Positions 49,461 through 63,482 of a stretch of 64,000 bases of DNA are shown here, piece by piece; the stretch's first letter is position 1, and every line of letters starts with the position of its first letter. The DNA comes from Dicyema japonicum. Its lineage: Eukaryota; Animalia; Dicyemida. Below the pieces are notes generated by a model. The model was not told the DNA's origin, searched no databases, and was given only the letters and a program-made list of their open reading frames with translations. The stretch is taken from positions 1 to 64,000 of the forward strand of contig RDEW01000061.1 of NCBI GenBank assembly GCA_011109175.1, given 5' to 3'. The position numbers were made by a program, and so were the translations under genes.

Positions 49461-50132
49461 GAAGTGATCGATTCCACCATGTAGGTTAGTCACGCGGCAT
49501 TGAAATAAAGATTTGATTTGGTTTGAAAATGATGTCAACTATTGGTCGTTATTGATTCATTAATCTGAGATAAGATCTGGAAACTACACTTTTTAGAATG
49601 ATCACCCTAAAACTTATATAAACAAATGTTCTTATAACTTAATATCACCCACCGAAATCTAGTTCGTCTTAGCGAAACTCATTAGGAAACTCAGCTATTG
49701 ATTATTTTAAATTACTCTTAATAAGCTGAAAAAGAGCATTAAAAATGACAATAATACAAAGGATGCCAATTTTTTACTTGTTTTGATGGCGTTCTTAAAG
49801 GGTGAGGACAAACATCAAACAAATCAGAGATGTTCTTAATAACCTTGGTTAATTCCCATTCTATTAAAATGCGAATCATTGAGCTGGTTGCAGTGCAGAT
49901 TGACGTCTTGATAGTAAATGAGACTAAGCTTGTTCACGGGTAAAGTAAGTGAAGGTTTTTCAACAAGGATTAGGTTAAGTTGTTTTCGAATTTTCCTAAC
50001 TTTAATTAGTCTTGGGTTTAAGAGCAAATAAACTTCTTATGGTCTTCTTTCCTTATAATTGAAGTGACAAAATGGCTACTTTAAAGTTTGAATTTTCCGC
50101 AAGCTTATCGATAAAGTTTCTAAGCAATTTCA

Positions 50133-52848
50133 ATTATTATTATTACTCCCAGGATCACTAAGTCAAAGAAAGAGAAATAAAAGTTCTCATCTAACTAAGT
50201 GATCCCAGACCGACAAAGGAGAGGACGAGTCCGGCGGGGTCGAGAATCCTGAACAGCTCTTCTCATCGACATGGCATTTTTGTATGATTGTAGATATTCG
50301 ATAGTATGGAATAAGGACAGCTCGGTAAACTAGCCTTTTTTAATAGTTTCCGTTGTAGTTCGATTCATAAATTTTCAATGGGGTGGATTTTGTGTTCTGG
50401 TCCAATTTACCTTATTGCAGTCTCCTCGATTGCGGATAGTTTCAATGAGGAAGATCGTGAAATCTGCATTGCCTATGAAGGACTTGCATACGTCATCGTT
50501 GGTTGGATAAATTGTTTCATAAATCGTGGCAAGTGTTTTTGAGAGCACTTTTAAAATTCTCATTTTCTTCAAAGCAGAAGTTACTTTATTCTCGACATGT
50601 CGGATAAAGGTGAGTCCCTGATCAAAGGTGACTCCCAGAATCTTCGGTGTTTTGTTAATAGGAATAGCCTCGTTCTTCATAAAGATTTTTGGTTCGATAC
50701 AGAGCTGTCTTTTGTAGTGGTAAACAACGTGACAGAGGACTTTGTTGCTGATGTGTCGAGTCTCCGCCTCGAGAGCCATAGTTCGAGCTTGTCAAGCATT
50801 TGTTGAGCGGATGAGTCGCTGATTGAATGTTTCTGTCCTTGGAGGCAAGAATGATATCGTCGGCATATGAGAGGATTAGGCAGTTTTCATTACAGGTTTG
50901 TGGCATGTCGATTATGTAGAGATTGAAGAGTTTGGGTGATAGTGGGGAGCCTTGAGGGAATCCATTTGGAAATAGCGAGATCTTGATTTGATGTTGTTGC
51001 AGAGTACTTGTGCTCGTCTTCCATTTAAGAAGTTTCCAAGCCAAAGTTTCAAGTTCGGATGGATGTTGGTTTCAAATATTTTCTTTGTAAGGAGTTTCCT
51101 AGGGACTGAGTCGAACGCTTTTGTGATGTCCACGGATATAAGTACTGTCCTCTGATGGGGTTTGGGGGAGTTAAATCCTACCGCAATGAATTGTGTGAGG
51201 GTTATGGGTGTTGTGTCGAGTGGTTACCCGGAATCCGTGCTGGGTCAGGTATTGAGATTGAGTCTTGTACTTTTTCCAGAACAAGTCTTTCAAGATCCTT
51301 GAGACCGGGTTTTTCGAATAGGTTTGATTAGAGACCTCTTCCATATTTCAGGGATTGTATTCATGTTAATGGATAGGTTGAATATATAGGTTAATAGTTC
51401 CAGGGCTCGATAGCCTAGGTGCTTCAGTTCACATGTGGTTATGTTGTCTGGTCCTTTGCCCTCTGAGTTGTTGGCGTTGGATATGGCTCTGCGGACATTT
51501 TGGCTAGTAAATAGGATCTAGTCATCAGAGCGTTTCGGTTCAATCTTTTTCAGGAATACTTGGTGTTCTTTTGAAAACTTCTTGTAGGAGATAGACGTAT
51601 AATATTTCATCAGTGTCTGGTTTTATGTAGACTTCGACTTTTCTCTCTGGGGAGGATCTTTTGATGTTCTTGATTCACTTCCAGACTCTCTGCATTGGGG
51701 GGTTCTTGCAGAGAGCCTTTGATAGTCTCGTCCATTTATTTGCATTTTCTGCCTTTATGTTCTTGATCTCTCTGTTCAATTCTCGTATTTTTTCTGATAT
51801 TCTCTTCTGTTGGTGATTTTACCATCTTAGATTATTTCGTTCTCTGATTAGATGTTTATCGTTGTGTTGAAACGTTTTGATGACTGAGGTTGCTTCCCCA
51901 TAGGAATGTTCTACCATTTCACTAATTGTTCGACGGAGGGAAGAATGAGGAAATTTAGTAGTCCAATTCAATTATCGACGTAATCCTTGAATCCTCTCCA
52001 ATTCGCAAGGCTGTAATTAGTTATCGTTTGATATTGTCCTTTTATCCGTGACCTCGTTTTGACCTCCAAAAATATTGGATTGTGGTCACTCCTGGTGTCA
52101 TATTTCACTGACCAGTCAATAAGAGGGGCCAAGGACGGTGGTGACAGTGAGATGTCGATAGAAGAAGCTTTATCGTTACGTCGAGTAGGTGTTCTTGTAT
52201 TAATGCAGGATCGTTGAGTATACATAGGCTGTGGAGGTCCTCAATTATCATCTTCCCCTTTTGTCATAGGTTTATCCTGTCAACCACAGTGGGTGCTTCG
52301 AATTAAAGTCACCACAGATACTCACATCTTTGATGTGAAAGGAGTCTATTTGGGAGCACTGGAAGAGCAGGAACTCAACGGCGGGCGATGCGCGTTGACC
52401 AATATTGTTGAAAGTCTTGGGAATCGGACTTTGGTGGCCACAAATTCGAGATTAACATAGCATTTAAGCATACTGTAGACACTGTTAGTTTTATCCTCAA
52501 ACGTTGTTCCGTTGCGAATTACTGTGAGAAGGCCCCCACCAAATTTGCCATTCTGTCACGACGAATTACTGTGAATCCCAGAAATACTGGTGTTGAATTC
52601 ATCGGAGAAAGTTTAGACTCTTGAATTAGCAACAGATCGATGCGATGTTCTTTCACAAATGTCCGAAGTTCGGGTATCTTGTTCTTGATTCCATTTATGT
52701 TGATTTGGACTATTCTGCTTGGTCCAGGGTTTGCCTCAATGTCTCCGCAGCGGCGCAGGCCTTCCTTATTGGTCCACCCGTGAAGATAGGGGAAAGTGTG
52801 GTTCTTTTCTTCCAAATCCCACCACTTCGTCGGAGAGCCACATGACAT
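50133..52848 (-). mobile_element. near full-length Vingi-like LINE J1 (2.7 kb; leader-2A-APE-RT; no ORF1 or RNase H seen), frameshifted
   Basis: GLRRCGDIEANPGP, QINING, LIQESKL, SIDISL, SDHNP, MDITKAFDSV, GFPQGSPLSP, SYADD, PKILGVTFD; (TAA)n tail at 50133-50144; 5' GTCATGTGG at 52838-52846. Confidence 0.88.
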
Positions 52849-52985
52849 TTTTAGTCACATTTTCAATACATTTTTGTAAAGTATTTTTGAGATATTACAT
52901 TATAAAATTATGATGAATATATGTAAATGAATCCATAGTTAATTAATTTCCATATTTGGAAACGAAATGTTGGAATATATAATGA

Positions 52986-54189
<1,204 letters not shown>

Positions 54190-54428
54190 GTAATCTTCAA
54201 CTAACTGGCTTCTGTTGTATGGACTTGGTAGAATTTTATTAATAAAAAGAATTTCATTAATAATTTTATTTCCTCATTCGTAAACCCATTTTAATATACG
54301 AAGTTATACGATATTTTTGGTAATTAACGACTTCAGTTTAGAATATAAACTTTTTTTCGCCATTAAAATTTCATTTTTAGTTAAGATTAGATTGAAAATA
54401 GCTGTTTGTGTCGACATGAATCCGTTTT

Positions 54429-54618
54429 ATTATTATTATTATTATAAAGCACAACGTCTTGCCATTGGAAATGACAAAACCAGTGCAGTACCAAACATTA
54501 ATCTTTTAGTTAATTTTCTCCACTTTCCACGATCCTGAGCCAAATCCCTCAAGTAATCCATATCACCAGCTATAAATAGGAGTGCGGAGTCGGCCAATTC
54601 TAAATATAAATCTGATAA
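54429..54618 (-). mobile_element. 190-bp 5'-truncated RTE insertion with 13-bp TSD
   Basis: 54429-54559 matches the RTE 3' end at 13370-13497; TSD ATGAATCCGTTTT at 54416-54428 and 54619-54631. Confidence 0.9.
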
Positions 54619-55509
54619 ATGAATCCGTTTTGTCAGAGAATAATCGAAATTTCTGACGTTTCTATTTATTCCATATAGTAAAAAGCTAGCTAAAAATATT
54701 TTTTTAATTAAATGTGACTTTTCTAAAAATAGAAAACGTGTTGGCGGCGATCGGTTCAAAAATGAACTGTCTACCGAGACTTGAGAAGGGTCTTAGCCCT
54801 TTCCGCAGATGATTTGAGTGAGTTTCCGTCAGTGCAAAATTTGGGGAGGGAGGACATCTACATAGGTAGCGTTTCAGGTGAAATATCTATTACTTTCCCA
54901 TGAGAAGAATGTTGTTTGTCAGTTCTTTTCTTAGGTGAGGCCAGTCCGATAAATTCATATTGACAACGATTACAAAAGTAAATTAAGATCCTTAATATGG
55001 CTCTGACATAGGAAATCTAATTCAGCACTGCTACTTCTTGGAAATTATGAAATAGCAGATCTTATATCACAGGTGGTAGCGTTCAAATGTGAAATATCCA
55101 TCCCAATTTTTGTCTCATTTAGATCTACTTGCTCAGTGTAATAAGTTCCAGACCAAAATCAGGATGTACCAGGTTCGGATCTCTCTGCTGTACATTCAGT
55201 TGAAGTTTCCACACATATAAGATGCTTCTGGGTTGACGACTGGGATTCACTTTGGATTTTCGACTACTTTTTCGAAATGTGGAGTGTTTGAATATTTCTT
55301 CAAAGCTCTACAATTGTACATTATTTATATTCTTAAATACGGAACCTTTTTATTTTTAAATAGGGAACCATATAGTCAGGATGGCCGTTGTTTGACCATT
55401 TGTTCAATTTATTTTGTCATCAATAAATATTTTTAAAAAAATTAGGGAAAGATACATAATCTAACAAACTTTTTTGAATTAGATGACAGAATTGATAAAA
55501 ATTTACAGA
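54430..55509. repeat. second copy of the 1.07-kb duplicated block (see 665-1732)
   Basis: Direct sequence match. Confidence 0.92.
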
Positions 55510-55701
55510 GTTGGTAGATTTTACAAGTACGGTTCAAGTAGATGTGTTAGTGCAGAGATTTCCAGAAAATAATTCTCGCGGCACACTAATCGTAAAAAAG
55601 GCACACATTAAAAAAATAAAAAATTAAATTTTTTCGGATACGTAAAAGTGAGGACAAAAATTGGTAATTTAATGGGCGAATTATTATTAAAATAAAAATT
55701 C

Positions 55702-56680
55702 AATAAGTAAAAGTAATTATTTTATAACGCCTGTCTAACTCAATCTTCTCTTCTTGAGGCCAATCTCTATTGCCTTCATAGATGTATTAACGTCGCTGCA
55801 TATCTCACATTCAGAGACTTCCCTAGGTTGACATTAAATGCCGCCTTCCTTATCAACAGGTATCGGTACTCCATGCTTCTCCTCAGCTTGCATACTCTCG
55901 AAAGTCTTTAGTAACACTAGCGTCTGTATATAGCTTTGACCCTTTCCTCCACCTTGAGGGCATCCAGGTGGCCTTTGAAGAATCTGGAGACAATTCCTTC
56001 CCAAGTGATGACCACAGGGATTATTTTCACCTTTGCGCGATGGATAATCTCAAGTTAGTTCGCCAGTAGGTCATACTTGTGAAACTTTTCTACATCGACC
56101 TGCTCGAGGCAGTTTTTTGAAGTGATCCCAATTTCAACAAGAGTAATCGTATTTTTTGTCTTATCATAAATGAAAATATCGGGTTTGTTTTTCGTTACAG
56201 CCGTATCCGTACTGATCGTCGTGTCTACATGAATCTCTACAGATTCATTTGCGGGAATTGATTGTACTGAATCGGTCTTCAGTTTCTTAATTTTTCTTAT
56301 TCCATATTGACGGCTAAGATGTAGGTGTAAACATCTGACCACTTCGTTGTGCCACTTGAGATTGCTATTTAGCATTCTCCCACACCTAGTTTTAAGATGA
56401 TCGACGGTCTTCTATGCTGAGTTACAATGCCCGCATTTAGTATCTCCGTTATCAAAAAACATGTTACGATCCTGAAGTAGACACAGCCTTCCCTCGGTTA
56501 TAGGGGAGTGATTTCCATGCACTAGCCATCCAAGGATTCAACAATATTCACTTCTGTGCCTTTCAAACACTGAAATAAAATAGAGTGCAGCGGTTTCTTC
56601 TCAATTTTTCCCAATAGATGTTCATGCTGTATTTCCATCAATTTCGACATTGTTGTACTACACATTTTGAATGTTGTACT
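55702..56680 (-). mobile_element. R4/Dong-like REL retroelement 3' portion, copy 2
   Basis: HNEVVRCLH...NKPDIFIYDK...VEIGITS...EKFHKYDLLA; homologous to 25072-26050. Confidence 0.85.
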
Positions 56681-56683
56681 AGT

Positions 56684-56760
56684 GGTTGGCCCCAAGAGAA
56701 AAGATTGAGTTAGACGGGCGTTATAAAAAAATTACTTTTACTTATTGTTTGATTAATAAA
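56684..56760 (+). mobile_element. 3'-UTR stub of the same R4-like family in the opposite orientation
   Basis: 56684-56746 is the reverse complement of 55702-55765 with 5 substitutions and 1 indel. Confidence 0.8.
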
Positions 56761-56849
56761 ATAAATGGTAAACCCAAATTTTTATTTGGCTGGCGGTACA
56801 CTAGAAATTTTCTTGCGGCACACCGTTTGACTGGTCAAATACGTTTCTA

Positions 56850-57400
56850 GAGAATAGGTACAAATCCCGAATTCAAGGACGCTTGGTAAATGTCTGCCTG
56901 GGCCTTTTGCGGGAGAGCTCTTCGTATTTATTATTAAGGCATCCAACCAATCTATTTTGATTGGGAAAATACTCGATGACGAAAGGGGTTTAGTTTGCGG
57001 ACACTATTTGAGAGCGATGTCCGGGGAGAAATTTGATATCTGGGAGGTGTTGGATTCGTCTGGTCGTAAAGATGTACGTGTGTGTTGGAAAGGGTCATTT
57101 AGGACGACGAGGCTTTTAATCTGTAACGAGATATACTCCTCTCGTTGATCCAGTTTCTTATCGACAGATCATAAAGGATTCCTGTCATTAAAGTCCAACA
57201 GACGACTATGTTCTTCAAGGATGAGATCCAAGAGAGGTCAAGTTGATATCCTGTTGAGCAACTTGGAGAAGGGGAATATATAGGTTGATGATTGTGTACG
57301 CCACGTTGTTGATTGTTATCAACAATGAGATGATCTCAAATGGACATCAAGTAGGAATGTGGAGCGTCTTGATTCGGTTGTGTTAGTGAAGGGGATAATG
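56850..57400 (-). mobile_element. degenerate Vingi-like endonuclease/linker remnant
   Basis: IYSPSPSCS...IVVC.DFN on the minus strand; many stops. Confidence 0.45.
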
Positions 57401-57959
57401 TCACAAATAAGTGTGAAATTAAAATCCTATTTTCGCTGTGAGGAAGTGATAACATAGACTTTCCCGACCATTAGCGTCACTAATTTTTTTGCCTGTAGCG
57501 AAATTCGATTATTTGACAAACGACGCTGAGTCTCTTCTAGGATCCACAGCCCAGACTTGTATACTTATTAAAACTAATTGTTGTATGTATATATGTGACA
57601 CCATAACTCAGGTGTCTGGTTTTGATTTAAAGTTCTTAGTTGACTTGAAATAAGTATTTTATTATTGCATTTGTTTGAAGAAGAGCGTTTAAATAAGCAG
57701 TTAAACCCACGTGGGCTGTCTCTCATTGTCCCCCATCTCCGGGATCTCTGAGATCTTGTATTGGTGCCTAGAAATGATTAAAGTTTAAAGTTTTTTGAAA
57801 TTATCATTGAAGGTCACGCCACTTGACAGGAGTGATAATGATCGAAATTTTCCGAAACTCAAAGTTTTTATATCTGGTTCACTCACTTTTTCGGAAATGT
57901 TTTTATTCGTTCAAAACTTTTTTTGATTAAAATCCGTTATTGTGTCATATACATACAAC

Positions 57960-58240
57960 ATTGAGCTTTAATTAGTATAAATATAGATATAGATGACAAA
58001 AAAATGAACAAATGGTCATACAGCGGTCACCCTGACTGCATGGTTATTGTCTCTCAGGATGGCGAGTGAGACTCGATCAAATAACCAGCAGCGCTCACGG
58101 GATCTCCTGATCGTGTAGAAATCCGATTCCCTAGTAGACTCAAGAATTCCAGAGTCGCAGGCGCAAGGGAACCACGTATTTCGTCGAGTGGAACAAACAA
58201 AAATTCCTTCGGTAGGACCGCGTACTTTTCCCATTTCAAT
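57960..58240 (-). mobile_element. CRE-clade 3' fragment
   Basis: KYAVLPKEFLFVPL...RVSLAILRDNNHAVRVTAV*. Confidence 0.75.
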
Positions 58241-58592
58241 CTAGTATTCTCAGCGGCCGATTCTATATTACATTCAAATACTTTAGTTTTAAGTTTTTTT
58301 CAACATTAACTGAAATAATAAGCAAGCTTAAGTTTAACTTTCAAGTGGGTTGACCTTGAGTAACATTTTAGCTATGAATTTGTAGTAATCGATAATGCGC
58401 TAAACTGCCATTAAAATGACATGTCAGTATGTTGTTTATCTTCAGTGATATCTCATATAAGAGTGCGTACACTGAATCCATAATTTGAAGTTTCATACAA
58501 GAAAAGGCAATTAAAATTTTGGTCTTTAACATTAAAGTCTGAATGTCAAAGACGCGTCGCATAAAATGATAAAATTATGCGTTGATTGTTAA

Positions 58593-59073
58593 ATGACTCA
58601 GAACAGGCTTGGGGTATGTTGTTTTTTGATTGCTGTAGTTTCCTACTAAACGGTTTTCAGCCGATCTCTCAGAATCTATCACTTTCAAGCAGATACCAAA
58701 TAACAAATCAAACCAGAAGATCAACGTGTGTCGATATAAGACAGAACTGTGCAAATCTTACAAGGATTCGGGTCTTTGCAGGTATGGAGACAAATGCCAA
58801 TTTGCCCATGGTTCTCACGAACTCAGATTAATTTCTCGTCATCCTCGCTATAAAACTGAATTGTGCAAAACGTATCATTCAAAATATTATTGCCCATACG
58901 GTCCTCGTTGCAATTTTATTCACTATGAAAAAGATATGTGTTATTCAATCAAAAGCTTTGATTTATCCCCACAAGTTAATTCTCCCTCAAAATTGTCTGT
59001 CAGTCGAACATTTACTAATCCGTTTGAATCAGAATTTCCAACTCCCTTTGTGAAAACTCCTTTCAATTTTTAA
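58593..59073 (+). CDS. ZFP36: tandem CCCH zinc-finger mRNA-decay protein (TIS11/ZFP36 family), 2 exons
   Basis: RYKTELC-x8-C-x5-C-x3-H twice with the [10 protein letters not shown] linker; intron 58614-58638 (25 nt) joins MTQNRLG to the main ORF. Confidence 0.92.
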
Positions 59074-59440
59074 TACTAATAGATTATTTAATACTAATTT
59101 TAGCATAATTTATTTTTCTAACATATCTTGTTATTTTTTTTATTTTTAGTTGCTGTCTATGTCATTTTGCCTTGTCGTATATTTGCTTTTTGTCAATTTC
59201 TGTTGTCAATTAACTCAAATTGGTTGATTATCCCGTCCTAGAAGTAGATTAGATCAGATTTTTGGCACATTGTTGCTCAGATAAGAAAAATTAAACTTTT
59301 GATGTTTTCGGTTTGAGTCACAATTATCAATAGTCATTTGAATAAAAATGTAAATGTGAAAAATATAATGCAATTTAAGTGATATCAATTCTCAATCAAT
59401 AAATTAAATTACATCATTATATCCATATCATACTGAAGTT

Positions 59441-59535
59441 CTCCACGAGCCCTGCTATTTGAGCGAATCTCGTTCTCAATCCTGAGAAGGAATAGCCACA
59501 CTGTCAGAGCAGCTACCGTATGACCCTCGGAGTTG
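59441..59535 (+). mobile_element. CRE-clade 3' stub
   Basis: LFERISFSILRRNSHTVRAATV*. Confidence 0.6.
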
Positions 59536-59649
59536 ATTATAGATTGGAGTTTTCTTGACGCATGTGGCATGGTGTATTATCCATATCACATGTATTTAAG
59601 AATTAATTGTCTTAAAGTTGATGAGCTCAGTCATAATTGATGACCTTGT

Positions 59650-60700
59650 TAAAATAATAATAACAACACCATAGACCACGGTTACGCAAACTAACTAATC
59701 ACGTGATCCCAGCACGCTCTGGCAGATACCTCAACCCGATGCTCCTCCTTCGACCTCACACAAGCATGTATCGACTGAATGACTGGATTTTCATATTCAC
59801 GACGGCGCGTTTTACGGTTCATGCTTATCTTGGATTCTAGACGCATTGGAGGCTGGAACTCTCCAAAAATCAAGCGTTCCTTAATTTTGGAGGCTCTTTT
59901 TCGGTTAGCCTCGATCTTCAAGACATTTTTTCAAGAGATGAATGGGCACCAGATATCACATGCGTAAGAAATACATGGTTCAATATATTGTTCGTATATC
60001 ATACTCAAAATAGGATGATTTCCATAAGCCAGTGAGACATTTCAAGACATTAATCTTCTTTTTGCATTTTGTTATAACGTTTTCTACACAGGGCGAGAAT
60101 GACATGTGCATGTCAAAAGTCACCCCAAGGTTCTTTTGAGAGCTTCTAAAAGAATTAACTCAATTGTTTGCTTTCAGATCGACCGTCCGTCTTCTCAGTC
60201 TCTTGTCTGATGTGAATATAGTTGTGACGGATTTTTCACTGCTGGTAGCTAGCGATTCTTCAAGTCGGACCAGATTTTGCTGCAATCTTGAAGTAGCAAT
60301 CTGGATGTCCTTATCACTTGACGCAATGACAATGTCGTTAGCACAAGTCAGAATATCATTTTCGACGTCTGGTGTTGGATAATAATGGAGACAAAAGGGA
60401 TCCGTGGGGAACACCATTAGGAAGAAACCGGGAAATAGATCTTGTCTGGGCAATGCAGACGCGTCCCCTCCATTACTAAGGAAGTTAGCAACCAGAGTTT
60501 AAGCTTTCAAGGGATCTTTGTTTGATAAATTTTCCAAGTAAGAATTTTCCTTGACACAGTCAAAAGCTTTGTGGACGTCAATGGAGCAAAGTACAGTCTT
60601 CATGTGTCGAGAAACAGGGGAGGATGGAAACGACTCACAGCGCGTGTCCAGAGATGCATGGTAAAAGTGGAATCTTAAATTAGTTAACTTTTCTGGTTCC
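59650..60700 (-). mobile_element. degenerate Vingi-like RT + 3' end
   Basis: SIDVHKAFD, CANDIVIAS (YADD-like), GGAGGAGCATCG...CTGGGATCACG...TTAGTTAG 3' end. Confidence 0.72.
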
Positions 60701-60819
60701 GTAGACATTGCTATTAATAATAAATAAATAGTATCATCTATTTTTTTCAGCGTGTTTTGATGGTGATTATAGAACTTGCTCAAAATACCATCTCAGGTTA
60801 GTATCGGGGTATATATTCA

Positions 60820-61030
60820 CTTTGCATCATCTATTAATGGCAATTCACTCACCACCAGATCGTATTTATGTAACTACTTCGACCTGTTTTAATCTAGTTG
60901 CGAAGTGATCCCAACTTCGATTAGAGTAGTCTTTTTCCTCCCTTTATCACACACAAAGACAGTTGCTTATTATTATACATTTTAATTGTTATTGCCGTAT
61001 CTACTCGAATCTCCACAGACTTAATACCAC
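60820..61030 (-). mobile_element. R4/Dong-like REL fragment, copy 3
   Basis: VEIRVDTAIT...LIEVGITSQ...VEV..HKYDL. Confidence 0.65.
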
Positions 61031-61886
61031 AAAGTGAGTTTTCACTCTCTTTGATTGCTTTATTTCACTTTGCCAACGTAGATGAAGATATGAGGACCTC
61101 ATTACTTTGTTATGTCTTCGTAAGTAGTAACTGTTCAACATTTGACAATACCTTGTTGTCATGTGGTAAACACATCATTTGAAGATTTACAATTACTGCA
61201 TTTTTCACATTGTTATTATTGAATAAGTTGCAGTCTTTTTTAAAGAGAAAGTATTCCTTCAGATTTTCAGTCGAAAGAGTTTCATGTAATCTCTTTTTTC
61301 GCATTTGTATATCCCCTGAAGCTATTTTAATAAGTTTTTGTTGATAATAGGAGGTTCTTTATATTTTCGGACAAAGAATTATTAAAAGTATTGAAAAAAT
61401 TCTAGAATCATATGTTTACTTTTGTGGTCAATGTATTAAATCCCCTTCTAAAGTGATCTCCTGGAAGGTAGTTTTTATTTTTTTCCAGGCTTTAAATGAA
61501 TCCTAGGATGCGCAATGATTCTGCCTATGTTTTCTATATGTTCGAATTTGAAAGGTGTGATATCAATGAGCCTGATGAAGTTATTATAGAAGATAGACAT
61601 GTTCATTGATGACTTTGAAATTCCTACCCGAGTTCAATTTTGTCTTTGCCATATTGTCAATCTTTCTTTAACCCCATCGAAGATTGACTTCAGCACTTCG
61701 TTTTATGAGACGTTGCTTTTTCTCCCCTTTAACACCACAAGATCCATCCATTCCATCAAGCAAACTAGCTTCAGACCCCGGATTGTGCACTTCAGTAGCA
61801 GACTTTTTGACATTTCGTTTAAGTCCAGCGGGTTAAAACAGTATTATGATTATAATAAAATTAATATTAAATAGTAAATAAATGCT

Positions 61887-63027
61887 ATGGCGACAAAAAA
61901 AGAAATACAAGCGCATGATGGGACAGTTTCGTCTTGTCAATTTGGTGGTATTGGTGATGAACTAATCCTCACTGCATCACATGACGGCGGTGTACGTCTT
62001 TGGAAGGAAGATTCATTACTTAAGATCGGTGAATACCAAGTTCATTCAGATGGAGTTTGTAATGCTAAATTTGGGAGTTACGATACAAGGTATTAACATT
62101 TAAATAATAGAATATATTCTGGTGGTTGGGATAGACAGTTGTGTTGCACTGATTTAGAGACGCAACGTCTTATAGTAATTAATAATCATAAAGATTTAGT
62201 GGAGAGGTAAACACAAAGGAATGGTCACGTGGGTGGATGTAAGAGGACATTGTGTCGCAACAGTTTCAGATCCTGATCTAGTTTTGAGATTATGGGACAT
62301 CCGAAGTGAGAGATGTGTACATCAAGTATTTGGTGAGATTAATTTTACTATAGTTCAGGGCTCCACGACTCGACAATCACTTCCTGCTCAATTTCTGATA
62401 ATGAAATACTGACAAGTTCATTCGATCATACTGCAAAATGCTATGATTTAGTCTCCAATAAACAGACTATGACTCTCAAGTAAAATTGTGTATTAACCTA
62501 AGGTCACACCGATGTCCCATACTTAAAGGAGTTGTTTCAAACTCATCCTATGTGACTGCTGCTTGCGATAAGACTCTCTGTTGCTGGAAAATGGATGGAG
62601 GTCATACAATTATGCAAGAAGGACACCATAGTTGTGTGTCTTCATGTGCATTTTCTTCAGATGGTGGTTATCTATAGTAATTAAAGGTAAAAAGATATTT
62701 TCAGTGGGTTTTGATCAACGTGTAGTTTTGTGGGATGTCCATTCATGCTCTCTTTTGGATTACTGGACATTTAACTGTGGAATGCTTTATGATGTAAATG
62801 TTGGCACCCAAAACTCACTTTTATTAGCTTCTGGAGTATGATTATTTATAATAATAATAATAAAGAATGGCAAAATATACATAAAATCCTTATCTCAACC
62901 ATCGAAATCAAATAAAACAAGGAAGCAAACTGTGCGAATGGAGGTTAGTAGGTCGCTCAAATTAACAGTGCCGGTCATGTCATGTGCCATTTATGTCAAC
63001 AGAAATTATTGGAGATCAATGCGTTGA
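61887..63027 (+). CDS. WDR88: WD40-repeat protein, WDR88-like; 3' end (62841 vs 63027) uncertain
   Basis: AHDGTVSSCQF...TASHDGGVRLW, DLETQRL/IWW, HDSTITSCS, IMQEGHHSCVSSCAFSSD/GKKIFSVGFDQRVVLWDV resemble WDR88. Introns 22-30 nt. Confidence 0.75.
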
Positions 63028-63152
63028 CTGTAGACTTCAGCGATTAACACAATAATTAAAATTTCTTTCTTAAATGAATTTAATATTTTTCTTATGCAGT
63101 TATTTCCTATAAGGGAAGCACAACAAAATTGATTTAGTAAAAAACAGATAGA

Positions 63153-63482
63153 TGGCACCATGTGGTGCTATGTGGCTAATTGTTGACGATTTCTGTTTGT
63201 TTTATATGTTTCTCCTCTTCCCTTTCCTACTAGAGTGGCGTCATGCGATCCACCTGCTCAGGTGGTGCCAGATTGGCACGAAAAGGATCATTTGCTCTCC
63301 TCCATTTCATTAGAGGGGTTTCCACAACTGCAAGGAATGGACGTCTTTTACCTCTTACTCTGGTTCTGTATGGACTGTCGTGACGTTGAAAGACTCTGCT
63401 TCTACAACAATGGAAACTGGATCATTTAATTAGTTGATTACTGTTAACTTCTTTCTCGTGTATCGGGGGTTAATAATAATAA
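63153..63482 (+). mobile_element. SINE-like family B copy, apparently full length, (TAA)n tail
   Basis: Homologous to 15781-16092; ends CGGGGGTTAATAATAATAA. Confidence 0.78.

Noticed and set aside
47415-49499. 14-bp direct repeat TTAGTCACGCGGCA (47415-47428, 49486-49499) as a TSD
   Set aside because: The enclosed DNA is a mixture of oppositely oriented pieces with no single element or tail at the boundary; unexplained, possibly chance.
55550-56835. hAT MITE ends (GCGGCACAC motifs at ~55577 and ~56814) around the R4-like insertion
   Set aside because: Suggestive subterminal motifs only; no TIR pair or 8-bp TSD could be identified.
57990-58050. Apparent novel paralogous exon DDKKMNKWSYSGHPD shared with the reverse complement of 1590-1640
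   Set aside because: It is the antisense reading of CRE 3' ends (…NHAVRVTAV*).
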